Assembly (NCBI GenBank): GCA_037379345.1
Contig: CM074511.1
Coordinates: forward strand, 6,324,001 to 6,388,000
Length of the DNA stretch: 64,000 nucleotides
Source of the DNA: Perna viridis
Lineage: Eukaryota
Direction: 5' to 3'
Positions 27,401-41,540 of this stretch are shown here, piece by piece (positions within the stretch are counted from its first letter, which is position 1; every line of letters begins with the position of its first letter). Both the position numbers and the translations under genes were made by a program. A model generated the notes under the pieces. That model worked only from the letters and a program-made list of their open reading frames with translations. It had not been told where the DNA came from and searched no databases.

Positions 27401-30400
27401 GTTAACAGTACAATCCTCCCAGGATCCAATTACATATCTATGGAAGAGTTTATATTTCCTGCATAGCATAAAATACTATTTAACAAAGTAAATGCTGCCA
27501 GTAAGGCATCGACCACACATATTAAAAACAAACTAATGATTGGTTATTAATTCAAACATTAAACCAATTAGGGATAGCACTCTCTTAATGAGTTTAATAT
27601 AAACATGTAATTAGTATATATTATCATATAAGCTTTATTCCTCAAACTGCTATTTCTCACTTATTTAAGTTCATGTGTACTCCCTTTTTGTTTCTCTCTT
27701 AGAACTACATTTAAAACTTGAAATGTAATAAATAATGCAACTTCTAAAATTTCAAATTCTAATGTGGATGTGTATGTGGTAAGATGTTTGAGGATTATAT
27801 GATCCTATTCTGAAAGAAAAAATGCTACATGTATACAGACAGAAAATATCCTGACATACACATAAGACTGGGATGAGATAAAAAACCATCCCAACTGACA
27901 GAGAAATGGGTAAACTTTATAGAACAAAAAAATCAAATACAATTTTATGTAGCATTAGCTACTTCTCTACATGTTACAAGACTGGGAATATGTTCAGACC
28001 TGTTTATACAGCATGAGGACAATCTGTGTTTTTCACCATTTTTTATGGAAATGATCTGTAAAATCATGAACCTCCTGACATTTTAACATAGGTACTATGA
28101 TATTCACAATCAGTGGAGAGTAATTTGCAGTCCAAATTCATACAAAATACTGAGAAACCATTAAAGTAAACACCTCTGGTTTTTTTTAGACAAAAATGTA
28201 GGAATTCATAAAATTTTATAATACATGTATCAAGAAAATCAAAGTACTTTTATAATGTGTTTAAAGAAACACCAGAGGATTGTAGGATGTGAACTACATT
28301 TGAACATGACAAGAATCAAGTTATCACCTAAACTAGGTTTGTGGGTCAGGATTCCCTTTCTCTCTCTAAACACACTAAATAAGTTACAATGTAACTATCT
28401 GTATTTACAAAGTTGAAGAAGAAAAAGATGTAAATCTCATATTTATTCTAACATGTTTTGGACCAGGACAGGTCATATGCTTATAAATACTTGGTCAGGT
28501 CTTTCTATATGGGTCAGATCTGTCATTGTCAAGATAACTTCTACACACATTTATAACAGATGTCATTGTTAGAAATGAGTAACAGTGTTGTCAATAGAAT
28601 ATATCATACATCCTGGAACAAATTTTAAATCTAACTATTGCATCAATTAATTATTGTTTTGACAAACCTAGTTTTCCCAACAGGACTGTAGATTTCTGGT
28701 TTCATTGTGGTATATTTTACACAGGAAAGTTGTAATGTTTGTAAGAACATTTTACAACAGTTCCGGAAAATAAATTTTGTTTCCATACTCTCCTGTTGAA
28801 AGCTGAAAGTTTCTTAATACATGTCTTACTGCATGTAACAGTGTAAAATATAGAGACACTTTAAAGCTTCTTCTCTCAGTGAGAAAGAATAATGAACTCA
28901 TTTTCTAAATTAACCACAACGAAAGTATTCCACATAAATATTTCCCTTAAATATAACATTGCTTATCTGGTTTCCATGAACCAGAAATAGAAGACCTTAC
29001 TGACATATTATCGTCAAACTAAAACTACATATAGTCCATAATTTTCAACCTGACAGTTCAAAACAACACTGTCTACATGTAGATTACCATGTACATGTAT
29101 AGAAAACTTGCCTAAACAACAGGTGTCTTACAATGAAACTAGATCTGCCAGGATAAGGTGTACCGTTGACATACTCTGTTCCATAAAAGGTCATATAATT
29201 TTTTTTTCCATTTTCCATCACGAACTTCTTATATATGTGACAAAGTTATCAGTTTAATAAAACCAGTGGATACAGTTTATCATATGCAACTGATAAATTG
29301 TCTAGATCTTTGACTTTGATACCAAAAACCAAGCTCAGCTACCATGTAGCTTGACAAGAAAATAATTAAATGTCAAGAAGTATAATATCGTACAAAAAAA
29401 ACCATTCATATCAATTGCAAACAGAAAAAAATGCAAACCACAGTGGAAACAAATTCCTTGTTCCATTCTATAATATTTTTGTCTATGAAATGATGATTAT
29501 TCATTATTTATTTATGATGTACATGTATGCAGCTAGGACTGTGTTTCTGTACTCTTACCAAAGATAGCTTAATGACCAAGCTCTGTAAAATTACATGTAG
29601 AAGAATCAATGTCACAGAGACCACTAAAAGATTAATCTAATCAAAATAAAGCATGTTTTGCAGACATAATTATCATATTAATGTAAATAATTATCAGTAG
29701 TGTTTACACAATCTGTCATCCTGACCTTTAATTTACCTTGAACTTTTTACATTTAGAAAGAAAGATTTTAACATTAAAAACAATATCATTGGAAAAAGAG
29801 AGATAACTCAGATAACTTTTTCATTTTGAAGAGACAAGATACAATTAGGGCACTCCAATATGACAAGTATACAGGATATTATCTAAATCATGCAATAAAC
29901 AGCCTTCACCCTAATGAGATGATGTTAGAATTGTTATTAAAGTGTGGTAATTCAAAAGGAGTTTACCATAAAAGCTTAATCAGTTTGATAATATTTTAAA
30001 ACTTGAAACTGAAAGTTGTGCAATATGGGGACATGTGATGGGCAGCAAAAAGGTCAAAACATGCTGTAGTACCATGACAGATTCATCTATGTAAACCTCT
30101 CATACATATTTTAACTTTTTGACAGAGCAGACTCAGTCTATTATTCAATGCTTTTACATATTTGTTAAAAAAATCTCTTAACAACTGCCAATACCACAGT
30201 AATGTATTTTAACATTGTGTAATGTGTAATAGTTTTCTTAACTATAGGACAAGTCTCAGAGGAAGCACAATTAACACTGATGAACATTTGAATAGTTTCT
30301 AGATAAACTTCTATAAAGAACACTTTTAAGGGCAGACAATCTACCAAAATAAGTGCTGATTGTTTAGGCTAAAAAAATATGCTAGGGTCTCAGGCCCCGC

Positions 30401-30963
30401 CGCATCCCTAAAAACCCTCAAACATCTGCTATTTTTATTACAGTAAAATCCAGAAATTTTCATATCCAATCCAGAATCGACTTTAATAGTTAACAGAGTC
30501 GTCTATGCACTTACAGGAAGGTAAAAAGTATGATGCGAATGAGGCTCTTATTCAACATTGATCATTAAAGAAAGTTTGTCTCGTGGCAGAGAGATGGCTC
30601 TTATTACTTGCCACCTCTCATATTCCAGTAAAGTTTTAATGCCATGGAGTATTTTATTTAACTTCTCAACATGCTGTACATTTACAGAATAGTTCTGATA
30701 AAAAAAATAACAAAGTCCCCCCCCCCCCCCCCCCGGCCTGAGAACCTAGGCATTTCCTAGTATGGCCTTAGAACTAATACAGATAGGTATTATAAAGCAA
30801 TATATAGGAAAAAAATGCAGATTGTACTGTACTAGTACTTAAAACTGAAGATCTGCAATATTTTTTAAGTGAAAGTTCTTTATATAGTACAGAAAGAATA
30901 ATACTATTCAGAAATATTTTTTTAAAAATTCAAATACAGAATCAATATCCATGCAACACAAAC

Positions 30964-31216
30964 CTGTTGGTGGTTCATCATCCTGCTCTATGATCTTAAC
31001 AAACTTGACAAATGTTCCAGGAAACAATCCTGCTGTGCCTTTAGTAACATTCTTTCCTTTTAACCAAGTATCAGGTTTCTCGTGATTCTGAACAGGGCCA
31101 TCAACTTCTAAGATGTCTCCCATCTGTATCTGGATTTCTTCATCATCAGGATCAGAACTAGGTTCACTGGGTTTGAAGTCATATTGGGCTTCATATATGT
31201 AGATCTGTTTTGGCAT
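30964..31216 (-). CDS. SH3-domain first coding exon of a PI3-kinase p85-type regulatory subunit (PIK3R1/2-like)
   Basis: MPKQIYIYEAQYDFK...EEIQIQMGDILEV...WLKGKNVTKGTAGLFPGTFVKFV resembles the p85 SH3 domain (YRALYDYK..EEDIDLHLGDILTV...[22 protein letters not shown]). Acceptor tttcag| at 31233-31234, donor CAG|GTTTGT, phase 1. SH3 is secure; p85 identity is likely. Confidence 0.8.
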
Positions 31217-34200
31217 ATTTGCAATTTTGTGTCTGAAAATAAAAACAAACATTAGATATTAATTGCCTAACTATCTTACATGTTTAAGCTAAAAAAAAGT
31301 ATGAAAATAAATTCAAAATGTTTGCATAATAAAAGTGCTCAACTTTGATTTGCTTATAAAAACAGTGCAAAGTTTGAATAACACCGATTCAATGCTTTAT
31401 ACAAACTAGGTACTGTCCTCAACATTAAGCGTCCCAAAATGGACTTCAACATCCTTGTGGCAGGTGTGAACACAATATTAGTTTTTGACACACTTACACA
31501 TGGACTCAAGTTCATTTTGGACACAACTGGTCTGAAAACAATAGAGCACAAAATCTGAAATTTAATTTTGGAAACGATGAATACAATACAATGCTTGTAG
31601 ACAATATATTAATGTCATAGTTGGCATTACATGTATAACTGAGGTCAAGTTTGATTATTTATTAATATCTTCTTCTGTTTTCGACATATTGCAGATGCCA
31701 TGCTACCAAAGTCAATACTGTTGTACTCTTTTTATAAGACAACATTATACATAAAAACACTGTTATTTGTTGTTCAGTGGTTCCTGGTATTTCCCATAGG
31801 TTACTTTATATCATTCCTGAGTAGTGTGTGTATGGTCTTAAAGTTTGCAAAATAACTGGAGTCAAGTTAACATTATACGGTTTCTTTCGTAAGTATTTTC
31901 TTCAGGACTTTTAAAAGAATTTCAGTTTCTATAAAATGCTGAACAGTTCAGTACTATTGAGCAATATTGTTCATTTGGAATATTTTAACATGGAATTTTA
32001 GCCCCCCTAACCACAATTTCCATGTGACAAAGTGGAGCTTGGTGGTATATGTTGACCTAAGGAAAACATGAATGTGGAATAACCTTTAATTCACATATAC
32101 TAGAAGATGCTGAAAAGATCTTATCTGATGGCTATACTGTTTTCTATTATATATACATCTTGGCCTTCTACTTCCACATTGAAATACTGTAAAAAAAACT
32201 CAAGAGTATTTATACCAAATTAAATACTACCCACGAGCAGAAAATTTAGGACATCCAACACCTAAGTATATTTTAACCAATAACAGTCAATGAGCAGATT
32301 TTAAGCACAATGTGAAGTAAATGCAGCATACAATGAAGCATATAGTAACCACCATTCTAAAATTTTGTAGGGTGGGTAGATAAGGATTTTTAGGGTTTTT
32401 TTTTTTTTTTTTTTTTTTAAATTTTGAAATGAAATAAGTGTGACACCTTACTCTAAATACATCAAAAAACAAATCAGCAAAGATTAAAATGTAATAGACT
32501 TAGTCCATGGCCAAGAGCATACTCAGATGTGTGTTTAAAAACGATTCTCAATAAAAACAACCAGTATTTATAGATCTTTGTTTTCAATCTAGGCTAGTTA
32601 CCACCTCATGACATCGGAAGCCAGAAGATGACAAATAAAAATGAAACTTTGCTTATAGACGTTGGCATAAGAATTTCTATATTGCATTTCTCAGGAATGT
32701 TGTCAGCCTGTGGTCTAGTGATATTGTTTTTGTAATAATAATTCTATTTGGCCATGTGTTATAATGATAGAGCTATAGGTGCTTCTGGGCCTTAAAAGTG
32801 CATGGCAAGTGTTTACTGCACCAGACATAATTGTTGAAAATTTATTCTAAGACCTGGGCATTTATGTTAATGTACGTGTCTTTGAAACTACATGTAGGTG
32901 CCCAGTATCTAAGAGCTTTTACATGACACACAGGTGTCCATGCAATAACTTGTAGGACTTGAGCTTTAAAGCTTATCAACTGAGAAATGTAGCTAGTTGA
33001 GAGGGACATGTGTATAAGAGCATGCTTTATTTCAATGATTTGGCTAAAGTTTGAATGATTTGACAGCCAGTTTCGACCTGGAGATCTTTAAATTGAATTT
33101 TGACTTGAAAATTTTGAAACTGGGAAAGGCCAACTAGTAGTTTTTAGTTTAATTATGCAGTATGTTGGATGTTTTGTGTTAATTCATCTAGGTGTTCCAT
33201 TAACCAATATCGCAAACTGGAGTACAGCATGCTACGATGCATCGCAAATTTTGTTATGTGTTTATTAAATGTCCTTCGTAATCAGAATGGTGAGCTTAAA
33301 AATAAGAGTTCAGTATTAACCATTTACAACAATAAGCTAGTGTTTAGATACAATTGAATTTGATCCTCATACTTTCCTTTGCTTTTATGCAATATTTATG
33401 CAATTTGATGATTATTTGAGGCGTAAAATTTCAAATGATCAATATAAATTGTTTCAGTACATGAGTACTTTGATTATTATTACCTGTAGTAGCATTTAAG
33501 CAAAAAAATATCTATGTGTTTATTGTCACATGCTAAAAAAAGGGTCAGTAGTAGGGCTAAAGTTACTAAGAAAAAGAGGGAGACGTGACTTCTCTTTCAG
33601 AGAGACACCTAGGAGAAGAACAGAGGGGTCAGGGAGAAGTGAATGCACACAAGCATCATTTACTAATCATTTTTAAAATAAAAATATGTCTTATATGATG
33701 TTACACACATACAAACAATAAGCAATTATTTTGTTCATATTCATTTTCTTTTTCTTGAGATTAATGTTACTTTTTCTTTACGCTGCATGTACATACCAGT
33801 AACTAAATATATTGGACAAAATCAGTCTGCTAACTGAATGATTGACAGAATTATATATACAGGGCCATAACAGGAGAATGAATTTCTACATCTCTACCCC
33901 TTTCCAAATTTATGAAAGCAAAATTAATACAATTAATAAATGAATGAGCAAAGCAATGCTTCTTGTAAAGCATTGTCTATTGATTTTGCCTTCTTTAGCA
34001 GCACTGTGGTTAGAAAACAATTCAGATTCTGTTGGAATTTTTATTTTTTTCTGTTTTTTTTTATCCCTAGTCCAACTAAATCCATAATGATTTCTTCACC
34101 AAAATATCCAGTATCTTGATAAATGTTTATCAATAGTATTAATACCATGTTCAAAATTTATTACTGACAAAACTGACTGAAACTTAATGGACACATACTG

Positions 34201-34224
34201 TAGCAGTTGGTACAAACTTGTCTC

Positions 34225-34293
34225 TCTATTTTGGCAGATTTATTTTGGACTTGATCGAATTAGTGTTCGGTAATTCTGTTATTACCCTTATTT
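34225..34293 (+). repeat. Interspersed repeat end shared with 59846-59915 (opposite strand)
   Basis: TTTGGCAGATT...GACTTGAT...TGTTCGGTAATTCTGTTATTACCCTTATTT matches the reverse complement of AAATAAGAGTAACAACAAAATTACCGAACA...ATCAAGTTCAAAACGAATCTGGCAAA. Confidence 0.65.
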
Positions 34294-36340
34294 AAGAAAT
34301 GTTCTGTTAAAAAGGGAGAATTTACTGCTCAATTATGAAACAAGAAGATCGATTAAATGCTGTGTGTTTCCTACTGAATTATCAATTGAGATAAATTTAC
34401 TGCAAGAAACTGCATGACAACTGGGTTTTAGGATTCACTTTTCCATCACCTGGGGCAAGTGCAACTTTGGGGTGGGAGAGTTGATTACTAAGCCCCATTT
34501 TCTCATTGACAAGTAGAAAGCTTGAAATTTTTAAAGCATTTGATAAGTATAGAAAGCAAACTTCAAGTGCGGGAAAGTTAATCTTCATTCAGAGTTTTCC
34601 CCTGGAAACCTAAAATTCTTTTAAGTGCTAAAACATTGGACAAAATCACAAGTTTCATTACAAAGTTTAAACAATAAAACATTAATTATTGTAAACTGAA
34701 GAGAAGAATATTCATTCTATATCCTGACTCAAATGTTTGACATTAAAATACTTGCTTGTTACCTAATTTCAATATATTTTGAAGGTTTCAACAATTTTTT
34801 TTCTCTCAAACAAGTTCCAGGTTTTGTTGAATTGTTTTTGGAAGAGAGATAACTCTGGTCAAAATACTGCTATAAGATGGAGTACAGTCACCACATGGGC
34901 AGTATCTGGAAATGAGAGGGCGACTTCACTTTGTCATTGGTGTTGTCTGAAGGCAAAGTGTGCAACCCCAAGGCAATTATTTCGCCAAAATCGCCCAGTA
35001 GTGTGAGCCCTGGTCTTAATGTTTTTATAAAACAATATTAAACATCTTGTTAGGTTGTGTTTGTTATGTAGTTGATTATTCTTAAAATGCAATGCAATGT
35101 TTTTTTGTATTATCTCTTATGTGGCTTTACAAACACAAACCTGTATGTATATAATATTTTATATTTTGTTAATAAGACACTGTTCAGAAGCATTGACAGC
35201 CGTTATCACTGCAACATTGATACAAATAGATAAAAAGATCAACTTCTGTAGGAGGTTCACTCTCACAGGTATACGAAAGTTGTCCAACTCGCATAACATT
35301 ACAACTTCCCAAACAATCAGTGCATGAAATGCTTATCACATTGATTATTCTGTCATTTGTTATCGCTGTCAATAAATGTTCTTGAATAGTTGAATAAAAC
35401 AATAATACATGTACTTCTTGTTTTTGAAATGTTTGGGAGAAAACACTGTAAGTAGGTACAGCTTGATCTTGAAAGGGGCCATGACAGACACTACAAATAA
35501 CGAAACTGGTGACAGAAAGGTGGAAAATACCAGAATATTGAAAGCCGATAAAAAATGGTAAGGGTTGATCACGTGACAGTAAACACACATACTTTTTTTC
35601 GGCCAAAAGAAAATTTTTTCTTTTGTTATTTGTTTTCTTTTAATTTCCATACGACTGCAAAAAATTTGTGGTCAAATATTGGTATGGCACGGTCATCATC
35701 GTCCATAGACACTTGGTTGTCATATAGTAGTACAGTAATATAAGTTGTAGTTGACCAATTGTTATGCAATTTTCATATGATTTTACTAACCACTAAAGAA
35801 AGACTACTATTGAATTTGGAGTTTGAGGAACTACTATTCCAGAATAATGGGTCAAAGGGGGTATAAAGGTTATTATATCGAAACATACATCATTTCATGT
35901 GTATGTAGAATATTTGTTTTTCTTCCAATTCCGATTTTTCCTGTTTTATTGTGTTCTTTTTTTCAATTCTAGTAAACTACTAGATCAGCAGATTTGAAGT
36001 GTTTTGAACTGTTTTTGAGTTAAAAGGGGTCAAAGCGGCCAAACTCCTCCCACCCCCAATACAAAAAAAATTGACTTTTTTATTTTTTGTCCGATTTGAA
36101 CAATTTTCTTTATTGGATTTCTTAAGAAAATCCCTTCATGCACTTTTCAATCAGATTTCAGATATCTCTTATGGTTTTTGAGTAACTGTTTCACAGTTTA
36201 ATCAGAATAAATTGACCCAACGTAGTTTCTAACCAACAAATGAAAACAATCCTTATAAGCTATATATCAATTTCTGTACTAACAAATATACCATGAATGG
36301 TCTTAACACAAACACAAAAAAAACTTTAAAATCTAATAAT

Positions 36341-36380
36341 AACTAGAGGCTCTAGAGAGCCTGAATTGCTCACCTGGTTT
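36341..36380. mobile_element. Terminal remnant of the same HINE-like family
   Basis: AACTAGAGGCTCTAGAGAGCCTGAATTGCTCACCTGGTT is nearly identical to 18396-18434. Confidence 0.75.
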
Positions 36381-37155
36381 AAAAAAAGCCTTTTTAGCTT
36401 TCTAAAGCTGGACTCTTGACCCTACTGTACTACCGTTACAAGAATATTTTAATCAATTGAGAGCATCTTAGTTATTCACTTATTATTAAAACAAACTCTC
36501 ATAGTCATTCTTTGACTCTTAAATAACTCCAACATCGATCAAATGATCGTTAGGAAAATTTTGGCATAGGACCATCTCACTAGGCTGACTTAATTTTAAA
36601 TGATGAATCAAACCATAACAAAAATTGACCATGACAAAATTAGAGTACACAAAAAGGTGAAAGGAGACTACTTGAGCTCTGTCTGTATCAATATGCAGCA
36701 CTTATAACTTATCTCATTTGTTCATAGGGTTAATACTCAAGTTTTTAACAAATTTAAAATTTTTAAAAATTTTATTTCACATGGTTTTGTTTTTTTTTAT
36801 TTTTGCTGCTCACTAGCGCTACAATGTAGTTGTGCATGGATTTTTGATATTTTACTCAGTCTTATTATGCTTATATCTTTCATGTGTGTCCACTAAAATT
36901 TGTATCATATTGTCCATGTATGTCTAGTAAATACACTTGCCACTGTGCTTTTTGTTTTATTGGCAATCTATTTTTTTTTTTGTTTTTTGTGCAGCTCATG
37001 TTTGTGTGTATTTGTAATTTGCTGTTCTTTTGCTTTTAAGTGATGCATGCCTATTTGTATGTGCAGTCTCTATGCTTTGCATCTGCTGGACCAAACAATT
37101 ATCTGCCAGACTGAAATCATTTCTCTGATCCAATTTAAATTTGCTTGGGTTCGGA

Positions 37156-37183
37156 CGCCATCTTTAAACCGGAAGTTCCGGTT
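37156..37183. promoter_or_regulatory. Candidate YY1 plus paired ETS motif cluster
   Basis: CGCCATCTTT (YY1-like) next to the palindrome AACCGGAA-G-TTCCGGTT (two CCGGAA ETS cores) in a local CpG-rich patch. Confidence 0.35.
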
Positions 37184-39970
37184 GAGGCATGTCTAATAAA
37201 AAAACATACCAGACATCTGGTCTGGAAATCACGCAAATTTTACCAGACCAACGCTCCAACGAATTTCGCCGTGACTGTCAAGTACATGTGTCATCATGAC
37301 AGTTCTTTAAAAATCACAAACACAGTTGTTGCTAGGTCCAAACACCTTGCCACATTCCAACGTTTCAATGTCCTTGATATTTAGTTTTCATACTGACTAA
37401 GGCTTCAGAAAACACTTTGACCTTTTAAAGGAAAGTGGTTTTTTTTTTTTCTTTGTTTTTTTTTTATCAACATGGATCATATTTTGAGTAATTTTCAACA
37501 ATTTATGGCTGTTAATGAAGCTAGCTAATTAAAATTTATTAATTAACAAGATTACCATAATGTGCGCAGGCCTGATCTATCACAATAATAATAATTGGCA
37601 TGTGCTCACCTATGTTTGATTGTCTGACCTAATACTTTATCCGCATTACAGACTTATAATTTTCTTTAAATAACCAATTAACTATTCTAAGTTGTTTGAA
37701 AGAATTTTTTTATTTTATTGTTCATAAGTGATTTTTTATTTTCAAATGTCTTGAGCAACTGCAACCCCTGGAAATATCCTGTTAATATTAACTTTCCACT
37801 CTTTATAATTTAAAAAAACATGTTAATACTGGAGTATAATTGTAAGTCATATATGTCATTAGAACACACCATGCATTTTTTCATTTCTAGTCCTATTTTG
37901 TGATGGTCCATTTTCAGTTTGACCCGAATCATCCAGTCACCCTATAACTAAATGTACATTTGCATTTTAACTATCAACTATATTCAAATTGTGAGGTAAG
38001 TTGTTACAGATTTTTCTTGGAAAAATTACATTTTCAATCAGATTGTTAAATTGCTATCTGACTACATTAAGGAAGTAAGAGAGGTCAATAAAGCCTTAAA
38101 ATGTGGCCAAAACAAGTTACTACTGTGTCCTACTTCTGTAACTGTAAAAATTGATTTTTCATGTCAGTAGCGAGGTTAGGTCTATTATAATACCTTTCTG
38201 AATCAATCTGCCATTAAATAAACAGATAAGTGAAAATCTAGAATACCCTATGAGGCTGCATATCTTCATATAACCACATTTGATTTAACTTCCTCAACCA
38301 AAAAATATTCTGTAAACATTACAACTGACGGGGCAACACCCTAGTGCAAGCTTTCTCAGAGAATGACATTACCTTTGCTATAACGCATGAATTTAGTAAT
38401 GCTTGTGTGTATGAAATTCATTCATTGAATTGGGTTTTAAGTGCCCATTGAAGGCCGCTAAAGCATTTCCAAACTCGATGTACAGGAAGTTGCTCAAAGG
38501 CTGAGCGCCATTTCATTGGATCATGTAATCCCGTTTCGCCATATGACATTGTCGTACCAATGAAAGTTCGCCATATCCGCTTCTGCTTCTGTCATATCAT
38601 TGCCTCCGAGATGATGCAGTTTTGTATTGTATCATGAACATGGTAATACATTTATCAAAATAGGGTTTGACATTCAGTGATATTCAAATAAGAGATGCCG
38701 AATATTTCTATGCTTTCTAAAAATCAACAATTAAATTGATGAAAATAAAATTGGTCGTTTACAAGTGCACTCTGCAGCCTGTCAAATCAATTTAGCCCCA
38801 ATAAAAAACAAACCCTTTCAATTAAAAGCCATTTTTATTTCGTCAAAGAGATCATGATGAAAGTGATAATTACTTATATTGTACTAGTAATGAAACATTA
38901 AATATTAGACATGTTTCATTGTTTTTTTAACCAAAATATTTTGTGTGCGTGAAATAAAACCCAGAAAATACTAACCGATTGACCAAGCTGCTAGTATAAT
39001 TTCGAATTCCATTTGATAATTTTAATAGATCAGTTGACGCTCAGAGATCACGAAATGCGTATAAAGGGATTGAAGGATCCTGGAAAATTTTAAAGGATCC
39101 AGCTAATTGTTTTTGTTGCAGGCTATTTTTACGATTGACAAGATTTTGATGTTACCCATGCTAGTACTAACCTTTCTCCTCAACTCTTGGATTATTCAAG
39201 GCGTTCATAGTTTTAACTCGAGCAGTTTAAATCCACGTATTAAATGTCTGCATTTCTTCCCTTAATATTTCTATTTTTAAATTTTGAAATGCGTTACCGT
39301 CAGAATGGAACGGTCGTCGGACCAAAATTTAATTTTAGCTTTTGCATATACAAAATACACACATTAAGCAGAATGTATTGCAAGTTTCGTAGGAAATGCT
39401 TTTAAGTTTTACAGTGTCCGACTTTGAACCCGTACTCGTGACAAGCAACAACCAAAGAATTTACAATTATAGAAGAATACATGAGTATTTATTACCAAAA
39501 TGGGACATATCGATATAAAAAGGGTATAGAATCCGTAGAAATGTGCCTACAAATCATAGGTCACTGCAGTGATCCACGAGAAGCCATTCAGACAAGACCA
39601 ATCGAGAATGTTCAAAGAATACACGAAATTCCGTAAGACATTCGGCAATGCATGCTTGCATCCGATGTGTTTCGAATTATTGCATTTCTCCAGTGACAAT
39701 GTTATTACGTTGTTTTTGTTTAAAATTTGTATTGCATGTATTTTTTTTTGCAGTATAGTATCCCTCATGTTAGTTGTGTTTTGTTTTTTTTTCTTTTCTT
39801 GAAAAAAATCATGCATGTGGAGTTTTTTGCCTGGATAATAATTAGACAGTATGTTTTTCTTCCATATTAGTTTTCAGTTCTTATTTATTCCTTTTAAGTT
39901 ATTGCCATTTTATGACAACACTGCCAATGGTATCATGTTATTAAAGCACGAGCTTTCTTGTCATAGATGG

Positions 39971-40006
39971 AAAGAGTAATCAAGGGAGTCAAGGTTATAG
40001 CGGTAA
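39971..40006 (-). mobile_element. PLE family 1, 36-bp terminal remnant
   Basis: AAAGAGTAATCAAGGGAGTCAAGGTTATAGCGGTAA matches the family terminus. Confidence 0.8.
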
Positions 40007-40971
40007 GTTGGGATTTCTATTGAATTTTACATGTAAATCGATTTGCAATTAGATTATCTTTAAATGTTGTATACATCTGCGCACGCACTATCTAATTACA
40101 CTCGTGGTTCAATTTTGCAACAAGCAGGAAAAATTTCCACTGCGTATACATGAATGAAACTTACCAAAATGGGTCAAATTGCAGTCATATGACGAACATT
40201 TTCTTTCGTAGTACTAGATACACGGATAAGTTGTATTACTTTTGAATACATTTGAAAAACTTCTGAACTACGTGGAAAAACAAACCTTTGAAAGTTTCAG
40301 ATGACATTAGCCCTTTCCGCATTTTGTTCGAAGGCAAACGAGAAAAATGAAAGTAAGAAGTAAAGGAGATCAATTATATAAATGACTTTTTAGAGTAAAA
40401 AATCACCTATGTATACATGTATAAACCACATAGAATTGAATAAACTCAACATGACATAAGTGCATTTATTATAACAACAAAAAGGTGCTGATTTCGGCAA
40501 ACTGGACCAAACTGTCACTCTGTCCATCGTTATAAGTGTACAAATGATATAATAAATAAATATATGATACGCCTATCTCTTTGTAAACGAAAAAAAACGG
40601 GAAATGATAAATTTCAGCAACGTATCCACAGATTGTAAAGAACTCTGGAAGCGTATACGTATGGAGTTATCAAACATGTATAGACAGACAGTCGGACAGC
40701 AGTATACCATAATCATATCAAAACAGGCAGCAGAAATAGTAACAACGAAGCATATTACTTAATGTCACGTGTCTTAAACAAATATATTAATGTTAATACT
40801 TATTTTGGAAACTAAACATTTATACTGAAGTTGCCGTATAGCTATACAAAGGTAACACAGAAGTGATGAAAAAAGACAACTACTTGTGAGAACCAGACTG
40901 GGCAAGGTATCAAAATCTAGAATTTGTTTCCTGATAAATGTAAAAAAGTAGTAATTAAATACTTCATCTAT

Positions 40972-41540
40972 CGTATTACTGGAACCTGCTGAAGGCCAGG
41001 GAGATTATTAAAACTTGCTGAAGACCTATTTTAATTACTACAACCAGCTGAAGGCAATCAGATAACTAGAACATATTTAAGACCTATCAGATTGCAAGAA
41101 CCAACAGAAGACCCGTCAGATTACTGGAACCTGCTGAAGGCCGATCAGATTACCCGAACCTACTGAAGACCTATCAATTACTAGAACTTGCTGAAGGCCG
41201 ATCAGTCTACAATAATCTGCTGAAGACCGTCAGATTATTAGAACCTACTGAAAGTCGATCAGATTAATACAGTCCGCTGAAGGCTAATCAGATTAATAGA
41301 ACCTGCCGAAGGCCGACCAGATTAGTACAAGCTGGAGGCTATCAGTTCTTAGAACCTACTGAAGGCCGATCAGATGAATCTGCAGTAGGCTTAACAGATT
41401 ACTTGAATCCGTTGAAGACCGATCAGATTACTAACACCTATTGAAGGCCAGTCTGATTACTGGAACCTGTTGAAGGCCGATCAGATTACCTAAAACCAGC
41501 TGAAGACTATCAGATAACTAGAACCACCAGTAGGCCGATA
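40972..41540. repeat. About 29-bp minisatellite, about 19 diverged copies
   Basis: Consensus GATTACTAGAACCTGCTGAAGGCCGATCA. Confidence 0.93.

Noticed and set aside
35097-35743. Cluster of overlapping ORFs
   Set aside because: AT-rich, hydrophobic-biased translations with no domain motifs or coherent splice sites. 46975-47421 is similar and is driven by an (AAAAC)n tract.
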